Assembly: GCF_018977255.1 (NCBI RefSeq)
Contig: NW_024704742.1
Span: 46,006,001-46,070,000 of the forward strand
Length of the DNA: 64,000 nt
Source: Callorhinchus milii
Taxonomy: Eukaryota
Direction of reading: 5' to 3'
In this document: piece after piece, positions 50,071 to 64,000 of the stretch
Numbering within the stretch: position 1 is the first letter of the stretch
How the letters are laid out: the number at the start of each line of letters is the position of its first letter
Notes under the pieces: generated by a model
Databases searched by the model: none
What the model was told of the DNA's origin: nothing
The model's input: only the letters and a program-made list of their open reading frames with translations
Made by a program: the position numbers and the translations under genes

Positions 50071-53000
50071 GAAGGAAAGCGAGTTTGACTTCCGAATGCA
50101 AGGTATTGTACAAAATACAAGGATTATTATTATTATTTTTCCATCCCTTCCTGAAGTAGTTGCCTCCCCTTGGCATACTGGAATTTCTACCACCAAACAT
50201 GGAAATGTCTCTGCTGGAAAGATGTACTCTACTAACTTTGTTGGGGTAGTGCTAGAGTTTAAGCAATTAATACCACAGAGCTTGCCATTTACAATAATGT
50301 CTGGCAAGCTTCTTGCTGCTTGTTTAGCTGTTTAGATAGGACCATTGTGTCTGCTATAGCTTTGGCTTGCAGGGTTAACTTCAGCCATATGGGAAAAATT
50401 CATACTCCCAAACTGCCAATGAGCCAGGCCTACCTTTCCAAGTCTTGTCAATGAGCCACGCTGACTATTTTATCATCAGCAGTGCCCTGGAGTAATATAG
50501 ACCCACCTGATTAAAGAACCAGAATAAAGATACCGTCGCAGAGGACTGAATCAATTTCAACATTCCATTGAGAAGTATGCTACCGAAGCCAGCTCAACTC
50601 CAAGGAGACCTCGCTTACCTCACCCACCCGGAGGAAAGTTGGTCATTTGTCATCTGGCAAGCGCAGATTTGAGCCCTCACTAGATGGATGGCAGGTACCA
50701 GGAACATCCTGACAGCTTCTGTTGGACAGCGCAGCTCTGCATAAAACGTTTGAAAACATCTTCCTGTCCACAGCTCGAACACACCCACTATCCATTGAGT
50801 GATAGTTTAATCAGTTGGAGATATAAAGATTGAGTAATAGCTGCTTAAATCTCTGGATACCAATCGAGATGGATTTCAAACTCTGTATATATGATGGTGT
50901 ATTCATGAACTCGGACTCGAGGTAACGTCTTCCAGCAGCTATCATCCCAAGTCTCAGAGTTTCCTCATCAGCTATTTAACTGACATCTGCCAGGAGTGTG
51001 GTGGTAGGACCGTTACAGGATAGCTTGTGGACATATCAGCATTCCTGTTGTTCTAGAGGTCTAAGGCGAATGCAGTGTACCAAGCGTACCCAACACCTAA
51101 GTGCTTGATGCGTTTGCTTATAATAATAATAATCCTTGCATTTCATACAGGGTCTTGTCACGTCTTCACGTCAATGTGCTTCACAGAATATACTGCAAAA
51201 TGAATTGACTGTGTAATTTGTGGGAAAAACAAAATTATTATGTGAGAGGCTTTGGCAAGTAGATGTGCCAAACTTAAAACATTAACATACTGATACTAGT
51301 ATTGTTTTTATGTCTTCTGTTACCACCATCTAAGTGAAGGAGATGGAAATGTGTAAACCAGATAGAGTCAGAGTAGCTTTTTCGGTAAATTTATATGGCA
51401 ATGCTGTATCTTTAGGTCTACTTTGGAGCTGTAAACATGCTTCTCAGCAAAGGGTATTGGCATCTCACAGAGAGTAAACATTCCTCATATTGTAAGCTGC
51501 AGGGAAACCCATGTTGGTCACACAGACTTGCAAAACCTCAGCTCGGACCAGAGTTCTCTTTGTAGTCAAAATCTTGTCAGTCAACATGAAGCACATAGGA
51601 TTTGGCTGTGAGATGCCAGTAATGCTATAATTTTACTGAAGAACACTTTTCAATCCCACAGTGACACAACATGTACATTCTAAAATCACGCTGTACAACA
51701 TCTCGTACCTCTCTGGCACGAGGAACTGCAGTAAGAATATTGCTCAAAGGCATTCTGAGCAGCATACAAGTTAACAGGGACAGACAATGAATGCTTTCTG
51801 CCTTTACTAATGCTGTACAGGTAAATCTTTCTCACTGCCACTAGCCTGGTGACCCAGGCAAAATACAGATGATTAAAGTCAAGATCAGGACAATTGCTAA
51901 TTATTGGTGAGGTTTGATTGACAATGAAGAACTGCTGGGAAGTATTGCTATTGTAGAATCACTTTAGGATCTTTGCTGAAAGGGTCATAGGTTTCTGAAC
52001 TCTGTCACCAAGAGCAGACTTCACTGCAAGATGATGGACATGTTATTAACAAAAACAGCACCAGGTCCTAAATGTGTTTATCTTCACCTGACTGCTGTCC
52101 ATCCCGAGATGAGATGAGTGGTTCAGTCATTGCTATTCTGGCATGTGTCAGGGTTGCATGTACAGAGCAGTTAAGCCAGCAGTTAGAACCATTTATTTCT
52201 CTCTTCATTTCCCCTTGATTATTTTCATCCTGAACTGTAATCCTTTCCCTGTCAATCAAGGTAAAATATTCACTCTGTGAAATCCTGGAACCTGAATCTG
52301 GGGTAAAAGATCCGAAATAGTTGATGTAGGACTCTCACTCTAACCTTTAACACGGAGTTAAATGAGTACGTTACTATTAACTACTCATAAATACGATTCC
52401 TCTTGATCGGAGACAACAAATCAAGCACAGAAATCCTCAGAAACCTGTTCAATGTCACTGGGTCTAACTTGCTATTGTTTAATTACCTGCAATGGAGGCC
52501 AAAGTTACAGAAGACAGTTTATCCTGAAATAAATCTGATTTTGAAAGCTGCTTTCGACCAAGTCCTTGTAGTTTGTATAGCAAATTAGTCACTGGCTTTG
52601 CATAATATTAACCAAAGACCCTACTCTCATCCTATGCTACAGCTGTGGCTTTGAGGGATACTTGAGTATGTGAGAACCAATGAATAAACAAATATTCTGA
52701 ATAATCTGTGCATACTGAGAGGCAATATAATGGCTGCATTATGTTCAAGACAAAGTACAACATAACCCTTCTGCATCTTTCAAAGCTTTTCCATCAGGTT
52801 TTAGTATTCACAGATGAAATATCTTCCCACTGAAGGGCTCTTGTATATCATGTTTTCACCTGTCATTAACATTATATCGGTCTTCTCTCACTCTCACACA
52901 CTGTGCCATTGTGTGGAACGGTTATCGAAAATAATACAATTAATTTACATTCCAGAGGGATTTAATGTCAAATTCTATTAATGATTCAAATCAAACAAAA

Positions 53001-55254
53001 AAGACAATGTTTTAAAGTTATGTATATTGTACCGACATTGTCTGCTGAGCTGATTCAGTTGACATCTATTTGTCAAATGTGATGTGAAGCCATCAGAATG
53101 GGTTTAGCCAGCAATGGATGAGTTATCTGTACAAATACAAACAACTGTGAGCACATTCCAAAGCTGTGTGTGGCTGTCAATCCCAGTTTGACATGAATAT
53201 TCCATAATTTTAGCCCTCGGAGTGCTTCTGTGTTTACAAAGACTGAAGAAAACAAATGCAACATAATAATCCTGAATTCAGTGCAGTCTGCTGAAAGCAC
53301 ATAATTTAAAGGGGAGATGTTCATCATTCAGTGATGCTTTAACAAACATCTAAAGCAGAGAATATTTCTCTGGTGGGTTTTATATTAGAATTCTTCTCCA
53401 GAGTAAACTGAAGTTGCAAGTTCAACGTTGCCTGTGCTGAGCTAACTGTCTCAGTCATGCGGCTACAAGATTAGAATGTACAGACCAGAAAAAAATATGC
53501 AAGCACACCTGGTTGGTATCAGAGTCTGCAAATTACTATGGACGGCTTATCTGTCATGTCCCTCCATCATATCCAAGGGACAGTACAAGTGATCATGATC
53601 TAGAGAAGGGAAAATTTGGCCAGCATATTCAGACAGTCCCCATTGCTGGAAAGTATGAGTTGAATGACTTGGCTTTGATAGCTCCATTAATAAGTAGTTC
53701 ATTGACTCTTTTATAGCGATAATTCATTATTTTCTTGACTGGATTTGAAGGTGGGAAGGGAAGAGGCAAGACAGAAGGATTGAGGGAGAGAGTTCCAGAG
53801 TTTTGCGGTGTAGTGGCTGAAGGTACAGCCATCGATGGTGGAACGAGGGGACGAGAGGCAAACAAAGCCAGTAACATCCCAGTTAGTAGAATTATTTTAT
53901 TTTAAATGTGCTTACAGAGTGAGGGGATGATAGCACTGAGGTATAAAATGCTTTCCAGCATCAGAGGGTATCCAACATTTTATTTAACCAGCCTCAGGTT
54001 ATTTGGAGCATGGTTAATGCAGAGCAAAGCTCCCTCTGTTTTGCATCCCAAAATGTTCATCAGAAGAGCCAAGATTTATACGTATCCTGGGGACAATGTG
54101 AGACTTTCAAAACCTGCAAAGTCATATCCATTTTTCGAAAGGATAAGGTGCAGCAAATGTCTACAATAGAGTTCTGCATTTCACACTACAAACGTGCACT
54201 CACTTATGTCCTGCAACCGTATTGCCAAGAAGAACTTATTGTTGACAATTTACCAGATCTTGCTGCTATTAAGACAAGTGCATGTATCCTGCAACACTTA
54301 AACATGGTACCTCTGTGAACTGCTCTATACAATGGCAATGGCAAGCCAGGGATTGGCTCACCTCAGATACATCTCCAGTTGATGTTTGGAATGGATTGTG
54401 TTGTATAATAGTTTAATGCTGTGATAATTTTGAAGTGTACTGGTAGTCACGACTGAATACATTTTGATTTCTAAGTGGGTAGCAATTAACTTTTAAAGTG
54501 CTACTAATTAACGGAGGAGAAGTAGGATGGTGGGGGAGGGGGAAATGAAAAATGAGAGTGTTATAAATAAGTACATTTTTCATTTTGATGAGTATGTTTT
54601 GGCTGAGTACAACTAGACTTGGCTGCAGTGTAATTGTCCATGACAGATGCATGAGCCACAACACAGATTTTATTTCTGTTGCTGAATCAGATTAGACCAT
54701 GATTCATCAATGCCAGATGTAGAAGCCAAATCATTTAAATAAATTAACAATATGAGATGGCTGTCACTACCAGTATAGCCAGAAAGCTGAATTAGAAACT
54801 ATCATCATCATTTTAGCAAAATAAAATTCCTCTCCTGAGGACAAGTCCATTATTTCTTTCTTACATGTTTGAATGTACAAAACCTTACAATATTAAATGC
54901 TTGTCTTTTTTTATTTCTTCATACATCTTTACTATGACTTCAAATCACTATGTTTGTACCACAACATAAATGTTGATAGAGGAAGAAAGAAAGCATATTC
55001 TACTTATTATTTCTATACATGTGGATCTCAGAAACAGCTCCAGTGAAACCAATGTGAATATCTGCATTTTCCCCCATGGTAGATCATATCGTTGGTAAAT
55101 TTAGCAACCTCGGCAGATTGAGTTTATAAAGAATATTGGCAAATACACCAAAATACAAAGGCTCAATTATTGTTGTTGTAAAATCTGTCACATTTTACAA
55201 CAATACAGAATTACAGAATAGACATCAGAGAAGTGAACTACAAATTTATAGACA

Positions 55255-55612
55255 CTACAACAACAACAACTTGCATTTAAATAGTGCCCCTCATTCAGGG
55301 TAGTGTCCCAGAGTGCAAGGCATTAGCGAAACACAATAACGAATCGGGGGGAAGAGGAGATGATTGTAGGCATGGTCGAAGAGGAAGGACTTCAAGCACA
55401 ATCTGAATATGGGGAAGGAAGGGGCGAGGCAGAAGAATAGAGGAAGAGTGTTCCAGAGTTTCGGGACGTAGTGGCTGAAAGCGCGGCCGCCAATGGTGGA
55501 ACAGAGGGATGTACTCAAAGTGTAGTGAGCGGGGACGGGAAGAGGAACTGTTTGAAGAGATAAAGTGAAGGCCGTTTGTTGGGTAGGACTCGATCTTAGG
55601 TAGGACACTAAT
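55255..55612 (-). mobile_element. L2 LINE 3' end
   Basis: STIGGRAFSHYVPKLWNTLP...LKSFLFDHAY followed by a (TTG)n tail. Confidence 0.9.
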
Positions 55613-55752
55613 GTCTTGTTGTTCTATAACCAATGACCAATCTGGAGTACTGTATACAATTCATCAATATACAATTCATCACATCTTGAGAGAAATACAA
55701 TTACTCTCAAATAAAAAGTCAAGTAACCAAGCTGATTCTGGATATCATAGTA

Positions 55753-56610
55753 CTAATAATAATAATACATTTGATATAACGCATTAGCGTGTTGTCAAGT
55801 TGGCACAAAGCACTTCACCAGATGTTACTGTAAAGTGCAACGATTGTGTATTTTATAGGTGAATGTGGCAGCCAATTTATGGACAGCAATGTTTCACAAA
55901 TAGCCAAGGAGGGAATGATCAATGTTGTCTGGGGAATTGTTGGCCAGCACACCAAGGGAAACTCCCTTCTCTTTTTTGACCAGTGCCCATCGGAAAAGGC
56001 AGACAGGTTTAATATCTTGTCTGAAGGACAGCTTCCAAAAATGCAGTGATCCTGCATTAGTGTACTGAATGTTAGCCTAGACTGGGAGTTTGGAGCCCTG
56101 ATGTAAGGCTTCAACCCACAGTTTTCTGTATAATTGTGCTACAGTGTTAGCAATTGAATTGAGATTGTTCACATCACTTTGGTTCATTTAATTCTGTACC
56201 CACCTCAGCTAGTACTGTTGCTGACATATTAAAATACTAAAGAAACAATCCTTGCATTTGGTATAGCTCCTTTCACGCTGGTATTCCCAAATCACTTTAC
56301 ATGATTTACTGCAGGATGGTGTGGCTGTATATTCGCAGGCAAATGTGGTAGCCCAGTTGCGCACAGCAATGTCCCACAAACAGCCATGAAACATGTGACC
56401 AATTTTATTTGGGGGATTATTGGTCAGCAAACTGGGAAAAACTTCCTTCTATTTTCGAACAGTGTGATCTTTAATGTCCACCTGGACAGGTAGAAGAGAA
56501 CTTGGTTTAACCTGTCATCTTAGACGCTGTGAGTTTAAGTCCTGACATGGGTCTTGAACCGACAACCTTCTGACTCAGAAGTGAGAGTGCTACCACTGAA
56601 CTTGGCTGAC
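55753..56610 (-). mobile_element. Two tandem Deu-core SINEs
   Basis: Tail, core and head motifs at 55753-56160 and 56245-56610 (acaaccttctgactcagaagtgagagtgctacc). Confidence 0.8.
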
Positions 56611-59094
56611 ATGCAGAAAAGAAAACACATACCAATCAAATCATTTTATTATAGATACTGATGATGATCTGAAAGCAATCTATTCATGGAACAAGAGAAT
56701 CATTAGTAGCAGCCAAAAGCTCCATTGGGAACTAACATACTAATGTGACATCCCATTGTGCTTGATGAAGAATGAAATCATGTAATGAAGAAATGGGGAA
56801 ATTGATCAGTTGTCATTTAATGTATTCATGACAATGGTAAAGCTGACGGCATTATTCTTATGTTGGCAAGTTTCAGTTTAAGAAACACAACAAATTTCTC
56901 TGTTTAAAACAAAAATTGTCATTCAGCTTTTCACTGGTTCAATGTGACAAAAAATATGTGTACAAAATAAATGATCCTAAACATAATGCTTCAAAGGTAA
57001 CTTGTACAAACAGATTTCTGGGGACATTTCCTCCATCGGTGAAGTGTAAAATCAGAAGTGTAGGGTTAAAATTATGTGCAATTCTCTATCAAGAATTCTG
57101 TATCAGAATTGTCCTTTATTTGATATTGCCTTGATCTTATTTGCTCTATTCTAGTTCTCTGTGGCTTATTTGGCCTTCTGTAAATTTTGTGTCATACGCA
57201 TTTCCTCCTGGGTTCCTCTGCCATAGCTCCTTACATGTTTTTTTTAAAAATTAATTGTTATTAATTGGACCTTATTTACTTAAGTGGTATCCAACATCAT
57301 TAACAAGTCAATTTTCATCCCAAATAATCTTTTAATACCAGTGTTAATGTATGACAAGTTTATCTTGGAGATAACAAGCTATGGGTTACATTCCAAGCTG
57401 TCTAAAGGGATAAGATACCTTAGCTGGCCACCCTGCTCATGGTTACTGTCGATTCAACATCTTTTGTTTTATATGGCCCCAGAGAATATTTCATAAATCA
57501 AGGCTGGCCCTTCGGCCTCACAGAGAACTGACAGATGGAATCTTCTTAGTTTAGCATCTCATTTCGAAGGATGGCACCTCTGACAATACAATATTCTGCC
57601 ACAGGTTTATCATAACCTTGTTTATCACGACCTTGCGAGCTGACATTTAGCATGAACTTACAAATCTGATCCAAAGGAGAATAGGGGAGAATAAAAGAAA
57701 GGCATTCTATCATTTCTGAATGAGGTTGAAAATGCAACAATTATTGTCTGGGTTTGCTAAAAAGTTTTGGTTTAAATGGAGTCTCTTATCATTAATTATA
57801 AATCCACTGCAACACAATCTACTTCCAGAGTCGATTTCCACTTGGTCAGTGTGACATCCCTGCAGTTACCGAAAGCAGTCATTCACTTGTGTCTCCCTGT
57901 TTATCAAATGCAGATTGCAAATAAGGTACTCAATTACTCCTGACATTCAATGAATATCTGTAAGGATTTGCATTTAGGCTTGATAATACCCCCAAAGTAG
58001 GTAGTTAACAAAGTAAATCTAATCTGGTCATGAGACACATGATTCAATTTTGTTTGATCACTTATTGTCAAATTCCTTGTAATGGTGGTTAACAAAAATG
58101 AGCCAAACAGACAAGCTATTTATTGGTACTTTCTCACTTTGAACAGACTCACATGTAGGTGTGAACAGCTTGACATTGCTATCAGAGTCTTTGGAATCTT
58201 CTTAAAATATTGTCATAGTATCTGTTGACTGTTGGCAAGTCAGTGATGCTCCATGGAGATTGAATTGCATTTGATTTATTGAAGCCATCTGTGAATTAGA
58301 TGATGGCATGTGTTGTGCAATGCCTTTACTGTAGTTTGCAAGAAAGTCCCCACTCACTAAATTGTCTTCTGGCAGTTGTATAAAGGAATACATGTTATGT
58401 TGGCTTACAGATTTATAACTTCCTTTAAAGTGAAACTTTCAGCATCCTGGCAAGTCATTTGATAACAGAGCAGATGTTTCATTTTCCATTATTGGTAGCT
58501 CAATACAGAATTGTATGTATGCATCTGTGTGTTTATTTGCATTTGTGCGTAATGGAATACAAAGGCACTTGCGTCTGTTTATGGAAGTATCTCAGCATAC
58601 GAAGATCATGAAGCATAACTCATTGGAACTGACTGAAAGAACTGTTTGATTTTTTCTTATCAATTTAAGTACTTGTGTCTGAAAGTGATGAATAGAAAAA
58701 TTATCAATAGCATGCTAGGGGGACTATAAAGCACATTTGCTGTATGCAGTATATTTCTTATTGCTAAATTGATTCAATAGAATAAAAATATATTGCACCT
58801 TCCAGTTAATTGTATGAATTTCAAATGCATAACCCATTTATTTTACAAAGTTAATGGTCAATAAATTCCTCCATTATTCCCTTCTCAAACATAAAAATAA
58901 TTGTATACGGAACAGAGGTTCACTTGGATGATACTGGGTATGAGACAATGTACATACGAAGGGCATGTTCCACTAGAGCAGAGAAGATTGCACACCAACA
59001 GCAAATTACATTTATATCATGCCCTTCATGTAGGATATCATTTTGGAACATTTTGCAGGGATGGGGTTGGACGTTGAGTAATGGAGCAGAGGGA

Positions 59095-59270
59095 ACGGAG
59101 AGGTAGTCATAGGTGTATTGGAAGAGATGGAGTTGAAGTGGGATTTAAAGACAGAAAGAGAAGGGGTGAGACAAAGTGTTAGAGAGATGGAATTCCAGAA
59201 GTTAGGGCATAGAAACTGAAAGCTCATCCCACAATGGTGTCTCAGAGAGATCGGAGGATGCACAGGATGA
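59095..59270 (-). mobile_element. L2 3' fragment
   Basis: FWNSISLTLCLTPSLSVFKSH resembles the L2 ORF2 end. Confidence 0.7.
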
Positions 59271-61756
59271 AGGGGCATAATAGGGTGGATAGGGGCAAAA
59301 AACTACTTCCTTTATTTGGGAAATCAGTGACTACGGAAGAAGAATGGGATAGAGGTAAGAAGGAATTTATTCACTCGGGTTTGAAATTTATTGTCAAAGT
59401 AGCTGTTGAGTCTGGATCAATAGAATCATTCAATCAGGAACTGGATAAGCACCCGAGCTTATGCTGAGCAGTTTGTAGTAAAATCCTTTGAAACATTTTG
59501 AGCTGTCCTCACAGTGTGAAAGCAATATATGAAATATAAAGATTAATATTATTTTTACTACTGGGCAGTAAAACTATTAAGGATATAATGGCAAGATAGG
59601 TGGGAAGTGGCATAAATAGAAGCAGTGATGGTTTGGAAATAAAGAGATAGCAGTTGCACAGACATATTAGGCCAAATGGCTCCCTTCTGTGCAGTAAATT
59701 TAGATGATTTCATGTTTAGTTGCATATATCTAATATAATGCTTAAACTATTATACTGTCAATTGATTGCTATGTTCTTAATATATTTCACTGCAGTATCA
59801 TCCTTCAGCTAACATCTTTGAAAATCCCTAATGATTTGACAAACAGAAAGCAGAATGTTTAAAGTAATATTTTTCCTCCAGTTTTCTCCACTGACACCTT
59901 ACACAGGCTGACTCAAACTGTGCTACAATTCAATGAGCACCCAAAGGCTTCCAGTACCCCACCCACGTGATTATTTCTCATGCTTGAACCATGACAATTT
60001 AGGTATCACAGCCAAACCCAATACTGTAGTAATCCAATGCCCAATGGGGCTCTCAGGAAATGATCAGGAATGGCAACCACGGCTAGTTCTCTCTTTCTGC
60101 ACCATTAAGTATTAAGGCCAAATTTTGTGTCTCCATCATTGGCCTGAATGAGACCAAATAACTCAGCACCTTCAGCTTTCTCCTATTTACAGATCAATTA
60201 ATTTACCAGGAAGAAATACATTTACATACTTTACAGAATGGAGGAAACTAGCACTTAAAACATATGAGCCAATTTGCTAATTGGAAGATACAAGAGACAT
60301 CAGTCTAAATTGCTTGAATCTGAATAATAATTATTCTTGTATTTGATATATGGCCTTATCAGTTACCTAATCATGTCTCAAGATGCTTCACAGGATTTAT
60401 AGTAAAGTGTAGTAACTGTGTATTTTGTAGGCGAATGCTGCAGCCAATTTTCATACAGCAATGTCCTACAACAGCGAATGAAGTGAGTGACTAATTTTAT
60501 TTTAAGGATTGTTGGCCAGAAATCTATTTAATATTGTTTAATTTCAATACAACAGGATGATGTGATTGCATTTGTTTTCCTTTCATACCTAATTGTTCAT
60601 ATATTTGGTGCTATGAGTTTACCAGATAGTGCAGTGCCACACTGATTATTTTAGTATTCTCTATGTTTACAATTTTTTTCATTTAAGCAATGGGCATCAA
60701 AATACATCTTCACTTTTTCAAAATGAAAATATGGGAATTGACAGGTTCAGCATTGCTCATTCAGTAGACATTTTGTGCAATCAAGTTGGTAAATCTCATT
60801 TGGTTTCCTCATCCCCAGAATAGTGGCAGCCTCAGCTGATGTGTTGTCAGCCCAGATCATTCAGAAGACAACATAACAGCACTGAGTGGAACTGACTCCA
60901 ACTGAACAAAGTGAAATTCTGTAGCTTTCTGGGGTGGGCTGGTGGTTGTTTTGCAAACCATTCAAAGATCCATTAAATCTTTCAAATGCAAATCAAATAG
61001 TTTGCATATATTTTCTATGAAAAATGTAATGATGCTTCCAGAAAATATTTTACAGTCCTTTTTAATTTAATGTCTCTTTAAACTTGTTTATTAAATAAAT
61101 GTAGAATAGATTCAAGTAAATAAAATGTTCCATTTGAAATAATTACTGAATCCTCCACAGTTATTATTTCACTGGCATCATGGTTTTATCCAAAAGAGAT
61201 CTAGAACACCAGTTCACATTTTCTGCGCATGGGGTGGGTACGGGGGTGGGGGGGGGGGTGGAATGTTGTGGAGAATCTTCTATCCTCATAATAATATGCC
61301 TAATATCTGAAATAGGTCATTTTCAAGATTGTTTGGATTAAAAAGCTCTTCTGCTTCCACAAAAGACCAGGTGTAGATATTCTGTTTCAACACAAAGCAT
61401 CCCTTCAGAATGCCTGAGAAACAAACTTCTTAAATCCCGTTTCTAAATCTGGTGGTCTTCTTGCTAGAATCACTAGAAAAGATATTTGGTTCTCATGAAG
61501 AGGTTGAGAATTTCCTTCAAGATGTGAACAGTCACTTGGCTGGTAATGATTACTCTGCCATGTGCTGGACAAGTTGAATATCCCCAAACACCAGATGGAT
61601 AAAGAACTTATTTGTGGACTCAACATGATATAATAGGTTTCATCCAGATTGTAGAAAGAGCAGCTCAAATGGAATAAATAGTTGTTATTATTCCTTCCCC
61701 AATACAGTAGCAACATTGCTTTAAGCCTGAAGTGGAAATGATGAAATTCTCTGTAC

Positions 61757-61881
61757 CTTGCTTTTTGCCTTGCATTCTCTAATTGCTCTGTTGCTGCACT
61801 CAAATGAGTTCTATAATTTGCACACTTGCGCTTTTCATTAGCAAATTTAGCTTCATTGTCCATAGTTCTGCTAATTTCTAT
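61757..61881 (-). CDS. Candidate coding exon of an unidentified coiled-coil protein
   Basis: tttctgaatag|IEISRTMDNEAKFANEKRKCANYRTHLSAATEQLENARQKA|gtacag; 125 nt, phase 0 to 2, helical charged composition. Confidence 0.5.
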
Positions 61882-62040
61882 CTATTCAGAAAGTAGCATG
61901 AAATTAAGTATATTGAGCATGATTGCATTAGGTATAGGATAGGTAATGCAACATCTACTACGTTGTCTTTCTTGCATGTAACTCTCTATATATCTCCAGA
62001 ATTTCAATTGTTTCTAAATAAAGTGCAAACAAACAAGTAC

Positions 62041-62057
62041 CTGTTCCAGTTCGAGCT
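62041..62057 (-). CDS. Candidate 17-nt micro-exon, (E)LELEQ
   Basis: ttttgttttgatcctcttgaaag|AGCTCGAACTGGAACAG|gtactt; splices in frame to 61881. Confidence 0.35.
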
Positions 62058-62477
62058 CTTTCAAGAGGATCAAAACAAAATCAAAATAAAATGACTGAAT
62101 TTAAACACTCGGTAAATAAATGCACACCACTTCATGGAGATTTTTTTGAAGTGAGATCCTGTTTCTGGGAGAATAAAAAAAGTAAAACTTCAAAGCCTAA
62201 ATATTAATCCATCACAAAGTGAATGCATTTTATTTACATTCATCTATTTTCATTTGATATCTATAAGTCCCTTAATGAGAGCTTTTCACTTAATAACACA
62301 GACATTAAATTTCAGTCAGAAATAGACTACTGAATTATTTGCACAATATAGTTACGTAGAACAGGAAAAGCAATCCTGTGTAATACTTGGCAAACCATAA
62401 AATAATTTTGTGCAGAACAACATTCACCACTTTTACAAATTTAACTAAACTATTCTAAACTACTGTATACAAAGTAA

Positions 62478-62784
62478 TCATCCTTCGGATGAGACTTGAA
62501 TCCAAGGTTCCGTCTGTCTATTCAGATGGACTTCTGAAAAAAATCCCTTGGCACTATTTGAAAAGAGAATGAAGTTTCTCCTGCTGTCCTGGCCAACATT
62601 CTTCCCCCAAAAAATTGGTCACGCAATTCATGGCTGTTTGTGGGACACTGCTGTGTGCAACTGACTTCAGGTTTCACCCCTAACATATACATTCACTTCA
62701 CTTTACAGTATATCCTGTGAAGTGCTTTGAGACATCTTCCCGATGTGAAAAGCGCGATACAAATGTAATTTGTTGTTGTTGTTG
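62478..62784 (+). mobile_element. Deu-core SINE (5'-truncated)
   Basis: tccttcggatgagac...cccttggcactatttgaaaagag...tcctggccaacatt and (TTG)n tail. Confidence 0.85.
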
Positions 62785-63011
62785 AAACACTTGCTGACTT
62801 CTCAAGGAGGAATGTATCATATTGGGATTGAAATTCCATTATAGGAACACAGCTGTCATAAAGGGGTCTGGACCCTGGGATGTTTTAATGCCAAAATCTT
62901 AATACACGAACACTAATTTTTGTGACCGTTAATCTTTGGAAGGTTTCAAATGTTAGATCCAAACTTCAGGGCCTGATTTACCATCCAAACAGCAATAATA
63001 ACTGCATTTAA

Positions 63012-63762
63012 TGTAAGCTGATGGTACAATCTTAAAGGGGGTGAAGGAACAGAGAGACCTGGGGGTTCATATAAGCAAATCTTTGAAGGTGGCAGGACAG
63101 GCAGATAAAGCTGTTAAAAAGCATATGGGATACAAGGCTTTATAAATAGGGGCATAGAATACAAAGGTCAGGAAGTTATGGTGAACCTTTATAAAACATT
63201 GGTTAGGCCTCAATTAGAGTACTGTGTTCAGTTTTGGGCACCACACTTTAGGAAGGATGTCAAGGCATTGGAAAGGGTGCAAAGGAGATCTACCAGGATG
63301 GTACCAGGAATGAGGGACTTCAGTTATCAGGAGAGGCTAGAGAAGCTGGGATTAATCTCCTTGAGGCAGAGAAGGTTAAGAGGAGACTTAATAGAAGTTT
63401 TCAAAATTATGAGGGGTTTGATAGCCTGAATAAGGAGAAACTATTTCCACTGGTGGGTGGGTCGGTAACCCGAGGACACCGATTTAAAATAGTCGTTAAA
63501 AGAAACGGAGGGGAGGTGAGAAGAAATGTTTTCATACAACGAGTTGTTTGGATCTGGAATGCATTGCCTGAAAGGGTGGTGGAAGCTGATTCATTAACAA
63601 ATTTTAAAAGAGAAGTAGATAATTATTTGGGAAGGAAAAGTTTGCAGGGCTATGAGGAGAGAGCCGGGGAGTGGGATTGAATTGGATAGCTTTTTTTTGA
63701 AAGAACTGGCACAGACAAAATGTGCCGAATGGCCTCCTTCTGTGCTGTACAATTCTATGATT
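63012..63762 (+). mobile_element. CR1 LINE 3' end (ORF2 C-terminus and 3' UTR)
   Basis: EQRDLGV, LYKTLVRPQLEYCVQFWAP, LERVQRR, RRLRGDLIEVFK, TRGH, WNALPERVVEA; the end reads gaatggcctccttctgtgctgt..attctatg. Confidence 0.97.
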
Positions 63763-64000
63763 TATATAGTGTCCTTCACATGGGATGGTATTTCAGAGCA
63801 CTTAAATATGGATGAATGCTGGATGGGTCTGTCATCTAAATACACCTATTTCAAAGGGAAATTACATAAAATCTTCAGTCCATGTTCATTCATCCTTCCA
63901 GAAAATCCACCCTATCATCTTCCCATCACAGCATCAAACTGCTTTATAAATGAGTCCAGTGTTCTGTGGTCAACTATTCTTCACCCTGTACCCACCCCCA

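Noticed and set aside
58152..58288. Minus-strand exon with strong donor gtgagt
   Set aside because: Stops occur in the frames examined; at most it is non-coding.
59882..60250. Plus-strand terminal exons, and a possible Sec read-through at FSPLTPYTG*LKLC
   Set aside because: Acceptors are plausible, but no upstream exons, homology or SECIS element were identified.
61231..61261. G-quadruplex-capable G-run
   Set aside because: A simple poly-G tract with no supporting context.

Overview
AT-rich vertebrate genomic DNA that is mostly non-coding and repeat-rich. The repeat set points to a cartilaginous fish, probably a chimaera or elephant-shark-type genome (inference). It comprises many tRNA-headed SINEs with L2-like (TTA)n/(TTG)n tails, older Deu-core SINEs, L2 and CR1 LINE fragments, and decayed Harbinger and pogo/Tigger DNA transposons. 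Most ORFs in the supplied track are chance ORFs or LINE/SINE translations. The most notable region is about 22.5-29.0 kb, which holds two related, heavily deleted minus-strand LTR retroviral elements in tandem. One has a TG..CA LTR, an 18-nt tRNA-His primer-binding site, a splice donor and acceptor, and an env C-terminus (coiled coil, HSWWEY..GWYPTST..HPVVVL, TM) resembling the non-gamma, lokiretrovirus-like env type. Both share a splice-acceptor-led short ORF with an RGDG[VI]D motif and a small repeat array. Other items are a 37-bp hairpin whose only mismatches are G-U wobbles, a 137-bp-period tandem duplication with a templated junction, an RFX X-box, and candidate exons of an unidentified minus-strand coiled-coil gene near 62 kb. 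I could not name any host gene.
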